From the NCBI GenBank assembly GCA_043228905.1, contig JBHGNT010000010.1, positions 21,018,001 through 21,082,000 on the forward strand: a stretch of 64,000 nucleotides of DNA, in the 5' to 3' direction. The DNA comes from Azolla caroliniana. Lineage: Eukaryota > Plantae > Polypodiophyta. The notes under the pieces were generated by a model, which ran no database searches, was not told where the DNA came from, and saw only the letters and a list, made by a program, of their open reading frames with translations. Position numbers and translations under genes: made by a program. Positions 28,268 through 39,059 of this stretch are shown here, in pieces (the stretch's first letter is position 1; each line of letters begins with the position of its first letter).

Positions 28268-31200
28268 ATGGAAGATTCCTCTACTTCCAATACGCTTGAT
28301 TTGAGCGATCTGGAAGAGTTTCCACCTCTACTGCCAAGACCGCCTATGCTGCGTCCATCCAGAATCCCATATCGCCTATTAGTGCAAAGACATCCCGGTA
28401 ACACTTCTTCACCTACACAGGTCGAGAATACAGATTTTGATCGTAGCTCTGATCAGGTGATTTTGCTACATATTTTCGAATTGTGGAATATTTTGCAAAG
28501 TACTTACAATGTGGAATTCAACCTTATCAATATCGAAGCTCCATTATATATATACCTTCGTTTCTGCAATGTAAATCTACTAGAAGTGCAAAATATCTTG
28601 TGAGAGCAGAGATGCTATCATAGTTTCCTCATTGGTAAGTTGTCCTTGATTTCATGCAACGCAAATATTCTGCAGCTCACTAAAGACAGGAAAATTTATT
28701 GGATATTGAAGCTGAGCTAATGGTCCATTCAAAGTTTGTACTGGATTTCAGATTTAAATACTTATTCGGATAGCGTAAAGTTTCAGTCTCTTAATAAACC
28801 TCAACATATTATTCTGCTGTAGTAGTGTTCATGGATTGAAAACTGTCGTTCAATTTCAGTAGCATTTCTCAAGTATCCGTTTCACATATTAGTGCTAATT
28901 CATCCTTCGGTACGTGTTAATGAATCATCGATTTCACTGAATATGCTAATTCGTTCCTTTTGTTGGCAAATAATAACATGTGTTGATGCTTACTGGATCT
29001 GAAAAGCATAACATCTAGAGAACCTATGCTCTTCGAGCATTTGCTTTAATATCTCATCAGTCCTTGGCATCTTTTATCTGTGCCAAACAAATTAAATATT
29101 GAAATGTAGAGGTTTTATAAACGCTTCGTTTCTCTTTTAACCCGATGCTTTCAAAACGTTCAACTATATAATTGGCTGCCACTTTTTGCTCCAAATTTGT
29201 TCTTTCACAGATTGCGTCTAGTTCCATTGAAACAGAAAGAGAACAAAATGATATTCCAATACAGGATTCGCCATCAGATTTTGTTACAACGCCTCATGAA
29301 GATCAGGTTCATTAACATCCCGTTGTTCGAAAAATCTAAGTCGTGGCTATCATGCACTCTCTACCTCAAATGTTTAATTTGTATGACAAGGAAGTTCCTG
29401 TTTCACAGATTGCGTCTAGTTCTAATGAACTATCAGACGCGCAGAATGAGATTCCATTTCAGGTTGACAGGAACAGTGCTCAATCATTGGCAAGTTCCGC
29501 TACAGCCCTTGAGAATCAAGCTTATTGATCCGTTCAATCCATTTGGCTAAAAATTGTGATTTCACAATTCTAACGTCGTTTAAACCAGAAACCTCATTTT
29601 TCACAGATAGATTGCCTGCTTCTCAATTTTAATGTTTAAACCAGAAAGTTCATCTTTCACAGATTGCCTCTGGTTCTAGTGAACAATTAGATGCGGAGAA
29701 TAACGTTCAGGATAAGGATATTCAAGCGTCAGGTTTCAATACAACAGTTTATGATGAACAGGTTCATAAATCTGTTCAAACCGTCGTTTAAAAATAAGGG
29801 TCCTTCAAAATTTAAATATATTAAAAGAGCGAGATTTTCTTTCACAGATTCATTACCTGCGTTACATTTTCAAAATTTAAACTAGAAAATTTATCTTTCG
29901 CAGATTGCCTCTGGTTCTACTGAACTATCAGAAGTGCAGAATGACGTTCAGGATAGGGATACTCAAGCGTTAGATTCAAATATTATTGTTTATGAGTATC
30001 AGGTTTATAAATCGGTTCTATCCGTTACTTAGAAATTATTTTTGTGATGGCTACCACGAGTCTCTGCTTCAAATTGAAATATATGAAAAGACCAAGTTTT
30101 GTTTTACAGATGACATCCAGTTCTGAACAACAAATAGGCACGCAGATTGAGGTTCCATTACGGGACAGGGATACGCAAGGATCTGCAGATTCCAATATAG
30201 CAGTTCCCGAGAATCAGGTTCATAAATCTGCTCAATCCGTCGGAGAGAATTTGGATAGTTCTAGCTGCAGCCTTCCAGTAGTCTTTGTTTCAAAAAGTTA
30301 ATGATTAAAAAGAGCAAGTTTCGTCTCACAGATCAGTCAGTCTCATATTGAGGTTCCATTACAGGGCAGGGGCATACAAGCATCAGGTTCCATTGCTACA
30401 GTTGATCTTCATGTCGATCCGGTTCGTACATTGATCCACTTAATAACTTGGCTACAAATTATCCGAATTTCTGCTTCAAAATGTTCGAGATAGTTACAAT
30501 CAGATGAAAGTTCGTATTTCACAGATTGCCTCTAGTCGTGTTGAACAACGTCCAGGGACACAGAACGAGGTTCCATTTACTGTCAAGCAACCATCAGATT
30601 CCAATAAAAAAGTTAGTGAGCACCAGGTTAATTCATCCTAGCAAGTTCGCGTTTCACAGATTGCCTCTAGTCGTTTCGAACAAATAGGTGCAGAAAATGA
30701 GGTTCCAATACATCGAGAACAGTATATGCCACCATTCGGCTCCAGGCTTACGGTTCAGGGCCAGGTTTGAGTTTATCCAGTCCATTCACTAGTCATAACC
30801 TACGAATTTTATGCCACTTTCTGCTTAAGATTTTGTTTGAAATAACCACATCCATGTTTAATAGATTGCTGTTGAACTACGGGTCCCACTGAATGATCGT
30901 CCACTGCATGACGACGTCGACCTACAATCACATTCCTTTTCATCCGATCTCATTGAGAATCAGGTTATTGATCCCTTCCATCCGCTGCTTAAAGATTTGT
31001 AGGTGATTGTTACCCTTCTTGTCAAACTAATTACAGCAACGTCTTCTTCCACAGCTTGTCCCTAGTAGCTTTGTTGTTCAACCAGATCCAGAAGAGGTTC
31101 CATTACGCAGAAGAGATTCCACTATCAAGGAATCTTTTTAATATAAAACTTTATGTACACTCTTTCGGTTGGAAAACCTTTAAAATCTCTAACTTCACCT

Positions 31201-34200
31201 TTCACAGATGGCCTTTAATAGGTCTTTGGAATTACCACGAGCACAAAATGAGGTTTATTTAGAGCAGGAAATGTCAATGCAAATATTAGCTTCCATTATA
31301 ACTCTATATTTGGTTACAATTACGCTCTAGTTGCCATTTTCTGCTTGAAATTTTGTTTGAAATCAGCGTGTTCCTCTGACACAGATTGCTGCAAGCTCTC
31401 TTGTACCACTAGGCACAGAGAATGAAGTTCCGTTACAAGTGGAAGTGCTCATGCCACCATCAGGTTCCATTATAGCTCAGGATCAGGTTGTTTATCCCTT
31501 TATTCCATTGGTGTCAAATCGCGTCATGGCTGCCAATTTCTGCTTGCACAATCATTTGATACCACAAATTTCGTCTTTAATACAGATTGCCTCTACTTGT
31601 ATGGAATCACAAGAGGCACAAAATGAGGTTTTATTAGACCCGGAAGTGTGCATGTCACCAGTACCTTTCATAATTACAAATCAGTACCAGGTTCTTTGAT
31701 CTCTTCCTTTCGTTAGAAATAGATTACGTTCTGTCAACACTTTCTGATTGAAATTTTGTAGCAGATTGCCTCTACCAGTCATGTTGAACCTGCTCTAGAC
31801 ACACAGAATATTCATCAAGTTTCCTTAGAGGATTCAGTCATTCAACTATTACGCTGTATAGCCACACAATATGAGGTTGTCGGTCTCTTCAACTCGTTGG
31901 TATAGTTTAAACTCTATCTAATCTATGCATCTGATTACATTTCTTCTTGAATGCCAATCAGGTTTCATTAGAGAACTTGTTTATGGAAGTATTGCGTTCC
32001 ATTGCGAGTCAGTATCAGGTCCGTTGATCCCTTTAATTCATGGGTATTGATTAGATCTCATGTAAACTTTGCACGTATTTCATTTCTTCTTGAATGTCTA
32101 TATCAGGTTTCATTAGAAGACATGCTCACAAAAGTAATACATTCAATCGGGAATCAATATCAGGTTTCTCTATCCCTTCTACGCAATGATATAGATTAAA
32201 CTCCATGACATCTACTTTGCACATATTTCCGTTCTTTTTGTTGCAAATATATCCATTCTTTAACGCTATTTCAAGGCTTTGCGATGACCTTCAGGTGATA
32301 GGATTCATGCAGCGATTGGTTCCTTTTACTGCATATACTCACGTTCCTTGATCTCTTTAACGCATTGACGTTTTTCGGATTGCCTCGTCTCAGTGTAAAT
32401 CAGCAAGATGTCGATCTTCTACAGGTTGACTCTGGACGTGCTGAATCATCATACGCAGTACAGAATAACGTCCCCATGCAGGACATGGACATGCTAACAT
32501 CGGGTTACACTACAGCTCAAGAACATGTTCGCCGATCCCTTCAATTTACCTTAGCATAGATGATTATATCTTGTCTTAACTCTGCACAGATTAATTTGTT
32601 GAGTCTTCTTGTTTCATTATATCCGTGTTTGACAGTTTGGTTCGGACACTAATGCAACGACTGAACCAGATTCTTCATCTGAGATTAATTCAACAGCTCA
32701 ATCAGATTCTTCATCAGAGACCAATAGAACAGATTCTATAAATGCTAGTACTATGTCTATCTCACTAATTGTCCATGTGTTGATGATTTCCTTCATAAAC
32801 AAATCTCGGATTACGCAGTCTGTTCTGTCAGGAAAAGCTGATCATAATATGTCTTCCGGGGATCATGTAATATTCATTGGTGTGCTTTTTGTAAATGCCC
32901 TAATGCGAAATGCAGATAACGAAGAATTGCAGACTGATGGACCAGTGGTTTCATTAGAGCTGGACAGAGTTATACAGCCTTCACCAACTAATACAGCTCA
33001 GGCTCAGGTTTAATGATTAATATGAATTACTTTGCGTGTAATGCCACTTTCTCCTTGACAACGTTTATATGACGAATTTGTCTTCCACAGATTGTCATTG
33101 ATTGTATTCAACAGCCAGGAACACAGAATGAGGTTCCTATACAGAATGGATCCTTACAACCATCTCAATTCATCACATCTCGGGATCAAGCTCGTTGATA
33201 CCTTTCAATCTATTAGTTATAGATCAAAATTGCAGACACTTCTCTACCTGATTTGATTTTTTCTTGTTGCAATAAACTGATATCTTCCAGACTGGTTCGG
33301 AGACCAATTCAATAACTGAATTACATTCTTCATTGCCATCGCATAGACATCCACATGAAGAAGCCTTTCAGGCAGATGAACTTCAGATGATTGCGTGGCT
33401 TTTGCAAAGCACAAGTGATGCAGACTTGCAGATTGATAGATCGATTGTTTCATCAGAAATTGACGGGATACACCTATCACCTTCCAGTACATCTGAGGCT
33501 CAGGTTATCGGTTGATACACCCATGTCGTGTGGACTTTCAGGTTTTCCTTGAAATGGTTTATATATATAATCAATTTCATCTTTCACAGAGTGCCGATAG
33601 TTCTATTCAACGGCCAAGCACAGACAATGAGGTTCCCGTACAGAATGGGTCCTTACAACCATCGAGTCCCATTCCATATCAGGATCAGGTTCTATGATCC
33701 ATTTTAATCATCTGTTACTTGTAAGTCCCAATTGCAACCACTCCCCCACCGGATTTGATTTCTTCTTGTTGCAATATATCGTTGTCTGCAGACTGATTCA
33801 GAGTCCAATCCAAGAACTGAATCACATTTTTCATTTCCATTGCATAACAATGCACAAGGAGAATTCCAGGCAGATGAGTTACACATGGAAGAATACCTTA
33901 CACAAAGTGTAGATAATGACGAATTGCAGAATAATGGACCAGTGGTTTCATTAGAACTTGAAAGGGTTATACAGCCTTCACCATCCAACGCAGCTCAGAC
34001 TCAGGTTTATTTATTAATAAGAATTAAGTCATGTGCATAGCCAATTTGTCGTCGAAATCATTAATAGACTAATTAATGTGACCAAATGCGGCGTTTTTTC
34101 AATAGAATTCCCCTGGTTGTATTCAACCGCCAGTAACAGAGAATGAGGTTCTGATACAGGACAGGTCGGTGCAACTATTCGATGTCATGACACCACAAGA

Positions 34201-36657
34201 TCAGGTTCATTGATCCCTTTTAGATCTTTTAGCTATCGGTAGCAATTGCAGCCACCTGCAAGATTTGATTTTTCTTGTTGCGATATCTTATTGTCTGCTA
34301 GGTTGGTTCGGATACCAATTCAAGAACTGGATCACTTTTTCCGTCATTGCTATGGCGTAACCTTGAACAAGAACCCTTCCAGGTAGGTGAGCTTCAGATG
34401 CAAGCATGCATGCAGCCAACGTTTTGCGTAAGTGCACAGGAATAGGTCTGTTGTGATTTGCGAACGATGTTCGGCCTGCTGATTCTTCCACAGATGACCC
34501 CTGAAATGCCACACGCAACACAGAATGAGATTCCATTACAAGATGGGGTTCCACAAACAACCGATCGCAATACAACCCAGGACCAGGTTCTCTGGTCACT
34601 TCAATCAATAAGTTTTATGGCACATTCGATTACCAGTCGAAATGGTTTTTAGAATCAGCAATCTTTTCTTTTGCAGATTGCCTCGACTAGTCCTGTAGTC
34701 GAACCTGCACTGGCCAGACAGGATCTTGTGCAGGTTATGCCTAGCCTCTGGATCATTGATCCCTTCATTAATCTTCTATAAGTTAAACCTCGTGAACCTT
34801 GCGCATCAAATTTCACTTCATCTTGTTGCAATATATCTTACCAGATTGGCTTGGAAGCTGAATATTCTCAATCGCTATTTCATCACTTCGGACATCTGAC
34901 CCATGATCCTACATACAGTACTATGCTATGATCCATTGCAGTGCTTGTTCTATATAGTGATTATTTCTTTCAGAGAAAGAGCTCAGAATTACACATTATA
35001 TAGCTCAGTCAGGAAAAGCTGGCTATAGGATGTCCTTGGGAGATCATGTAACATTTATCAGTACATGCATAGGTGGTAAATTCTGTTATGCGAAGTGCAG
35101 GCCACCAAGAAGATAGGCAGATTGATGAACAACTACGGCCAAACGTGAACCTAATGTATGAAAGGCAAACATCAAGGTTCCTTACAGCTCAGGATCATCA
35201 GGTTTATTCTGATGTTCCCTATGTTAAATCTTGCAAATTTCATCGTCAAATTCTGTTTAAAATCAGCACGTGATCGAACACTATTGTCAGATTGCCTCCA
35301 CTAATTGTGTTCGATCACGTGCACGAGTCGCACATAATATTGACCAGGTTTATGCGGCTTATCTGGATGAGGTTGGTCGATCCCTTCAATCGCCATACGT
35401 TAATGCATTATATTCTTGCGTTTAAACTTTGCATCAAAATTCATTTCTTCAGCTATTTGTTTCCTGTTGCTGGATATATATGAATTATTTGTCAGGTTGG
35501 CTCTCCCTCTCCTACTCGTAGTCCTACTACAACAATCTTAGGCGATATTGACCAGTTTTATAGGGCTTACCAGGATCAGGTTCGTTGTTCCATCGGAGCC
35601 GCAGCGTTTTTCTATGGTATAAATTCTTCTGTTTAGATTTTACATCATGCAATATATCATTATTTGCCAGATTGCCTCTCCAAGGCCTGCGCGTACCACA
35701 CCTACCACACACTTTGGCCAGATTTATAGGTCTTATCATCATGAGGTTCGTTGATTCCTTCAATCTTACTACGGTAATTGCTTTCTTGTGTTTAAACGTT
35801 GCATCAGATTTCATTTCTTCAGCTTGTTGTTGCACTATATCCACTATTTGCCAGATTGCCTCTATTCATCGTGTTCGAACTGCACCCGCCCCACGCTATA
35901 TAAACCAGGTTTATAGGGCTTATCAGGCTCACGCTAGTCGTTCGGATCCCTTCAATTTGGCATCCATAAAACAAATTCTTCTATCTTTTACGTTGTATTA
36001 CAAGATTTCCTTTTCTCTTATTATCATAGGCTGCCTCCTCTCCTACTCGTATTCCATCTGCCGCTCGCAGGCGCAATATTGACCACCTTTATAGACATTT
36101 GCAGGATCATGTTCGTTGATCCTTCAATCCGGTGTTTTCTATGCACTACATTCTCGAGTTTTAAATTGGCATCAAGGTTGACTTACACTTAGTATTTGCA
36201 TTTTATCCTCATTTGACAGGATCGCTTTCCTCGTCGTGTTCGATCTACACCAGCCACACACAATATCGATCAGGTTCGTATATCTAATCATCCATGCTAA
36301 TCTATCCATCTGAAGTTGTTCAATTAAACACTGGATTTCATTTCCTCTCATTGCCAATTAATTATATTCCTTATTTATCAGGTTGTCCCTCATAGTCGTG
36401 GTGTTGGACTTGCACCACCTATACACAACAGGATTAATCAGGATCAGGTCCTTTGGTCCCTTCGATTAAATTCTCATATTTTAATAAGTTTTACATCATC
36501 AGATGTTGTCTTTTTGTGTTAATATATCTATATTTAGCAGGCTGGCTCGGAGATTGTGTATTCAACATCACCATTTCATGACTTTGGGCGCCACTTAATC
36601 CTGCACAATGTCACAACGGGATATGATCATACTTACAATGGTATTCACGTGGAATGA
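28268..36657 (+). CDS. Unknown repetitive S/Q/E/P-rich protein encoded by about 40 short tandemly duplicated exons (alternative 3' ends to about 36747 or 36925 possible)
   Basis: ATG 28268; exon 1 ends 28456 (CAG|GTGA). Recurrent tttcacAG|ATTGCCTCT...CAGAATGAGGTTCCA...GATCAG|GTT exons, stop-free and multiples of 3, include 29211-29306, 29663-29761, 29904-30002, 30110-30217, 30332-30421, 30525-30626, 30660-30764, 30865-30963, 31385-31486, 31586-31690, 31765-31875, 31962-32018, 32107-32163, 32425-32526, 33590-33688, 34106-34204, 34302-34382, 34494-34586, 35121-35201, 35291-35371, 35496-35579, 35671-35745, 36030-36110, 36220-36273, 36382-36447 and 36541-36657 (TGA). Confidence 0.8.
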
Positions 36658-39059
36658 TCTCAATCAGATTAAAAAGTTCTGATTTACGTAACTGAATATC
36701 TCATAGATATCTTGAGAGATCGTGTACAGTATCACCCACTTACATAAACTATAGTTTACACTCTCACACAGCAAACAGTGAGTTCACAATATCTCACAAC
36801 TTTTCACAACTTACAGTGAATATATGTTTGTCTATATATACATATATAATGGTTGTAAGGTACAGGTGAAGATTTGCAGATGGATGGAGATGGCAGTGGT
36901 GTACAAAGAGGAGAGCAAAGGTAGAGGTGAATGATTTTAAGCAAAGGGTATACTATTGCATTTGCTGCAGCCATCTCAAACTACATATGAATCACGAAAG
37001 AATTATTAAGACTAAAAATCACCCTCCTATTGAAATTTTGCTGCATTAGTTAGTGAAGATGTGCTACGCTTGTATGAATCATTAAGTAGGTCTTACATTA
37101 CAATTTACATTCAGAAATGGATTGTTCAGCAAGGTATCTCAAGTCTGTTCGATTGATTTGTTGCTGGCTTGATGAAGATCTAGAGCACATTGAATGACAC
37201 GATTATTTAGTCCATAAATTTTAGATTAGGTATTACTAAATCTTTCTTATTTAGAATGGATCAAATGATGGTATAATAAGGTGTGGCAATTTAATCGCAA
37301 TATTCCATTGACATGTATTTACGTCACTGAAGTTCTTATGCAAGAAGAATTCATTAACTCGCAAAAGCATCATAAAAGACTAAACCGTATATATGATTAA
37401 AATGATGCTATAGTACAGTTGCATAATTTAGGCATATTCGATCCCATTGATAATACATTGCGTTTTTTCCCATCTGAAAACACCTTTCTGCATGGAAATT
37501 CCTTTCAGAACAAAGGATAAGAGAAACAAACATAAAATATCGTCAGTGTCAAGAATGTCATAATGAAAGTTGAGATGAACGGAGCAAAAAAAATAGTCTC
37601 AACATTGTCTCACAATGTGTAGCCCTATTCCTTAGGGTCAGAGACTATGCGATTGGTTTTTCCATTTGCCAAGAGTGTAAAATACAGTAATTAAGTAAAT
37701 ATTTTAGGTTCATTGAGGATAAACTTTGCAAAATCCAGAAGGCAACACAAGCTATTTCAGGGTATCGTGATCATTTTTTTGAATGAAAGATCAGCTGATG
37801 TAAATCATTAAAAAGTAGACATATATTGTTGGTGTTCCTTTTAGTTGTAGTTGCTACTGAACAAAGATGCAAAGAAATATTCTTTAGTGGTTGCTATATG
37901 TGTATGCCACAAATTGGGATCAAAATGGCCTAAAGCAATATTAACCCCATGAAGCAACTCAGGTAGATCATTGTGTACACCCCCCCCATTCTAGAACATA
38001 ACCTAGATAATCCTTGCTACTAACTAATTTACTCTTCCAATCTTCCTTCGCTTTGAGGTGGAGAAACAACATTGAGCATAACATGTAGAAATACCTTTTA
38101 CCTACAATGTCATTCGAAGTTTTCAAGCTTCTATTTTATTCCTGTCATTCCCACAACAGCCTTTCACTCGTTGAAAAGCATATAAAAATAACTAATTTCT
38201 ACCACAAATATGCACAGAAATTTGTAGGAAACTAGAAGAAAGAACCTCTGATATTCATTGTGAATCTTGTCCTAAGAGGAGATTGCCAGAAAAGTGCTCC
38301 CAATAACCACCTTGAATTTTCATATCATATTTCTTGTACTGGCATGATTTTAATATATGTAAACTAATATTTAAAAATGGAAGTGAAGATACAATCGCAC
38401 TAACTAAACCTGACAAAATACATTTACAGAAATCATATATTGCAAAATAATACAACTACATCTCTCTTGTAATAACAATTATATAATATCTATATATAAT
38501 ATATATGTATATGTATGTATACAATTCACTGCTATATTAAATCAAATAATAGAAATGGAGTATAGGCGAAATAAAGAGCCAGCTGATATGGCAGTAACTA
38601 CTATACAGCGCCTTCATACGTCCAATAATTATCACCAAATCTCTCATAATAACTAACACGTATTTATTGTACACTTCTTGTGCTTAAAATATCTCTGCCA
38701 TTACAGAGGAAGCTAAGTACTGATTGCTCACCATAGAAAGTCGACTTGTTTTACCCCACAGATCTCTGCAGAAAACTATTGAAAGCAACCGATCACTTCC
38801 TTATGACTCATGACTGTTACACAGGAAAATTAATCAGAGACAGAAATTGGTTCATGTATTAACTAGTCTAATATGGAAAATAAACATAGTGAAGAACTCT
38901 GAAATACTCCTGGGCCATCTATATTCCCCAAATGCCTTAAATTATTCTTCATTTCCCCAAGTGCCTCTCACTGTTGGTTAGTTCCTCAAACACCCTTGAT
39001 TAACCCCCTCCCCTGTCAGGTAAATACAGGTGCTATTTGGGTAAGTTTAAATGGTCCTG

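Noticed and set aside
29200-36500. CRISPR-like or satellite interpretation of the regularly spaced motifs
   Set aside because: Eukaryotic context, no cas genes, and the conserved motifs coincide with splice sites flanking in-frame coding segments.
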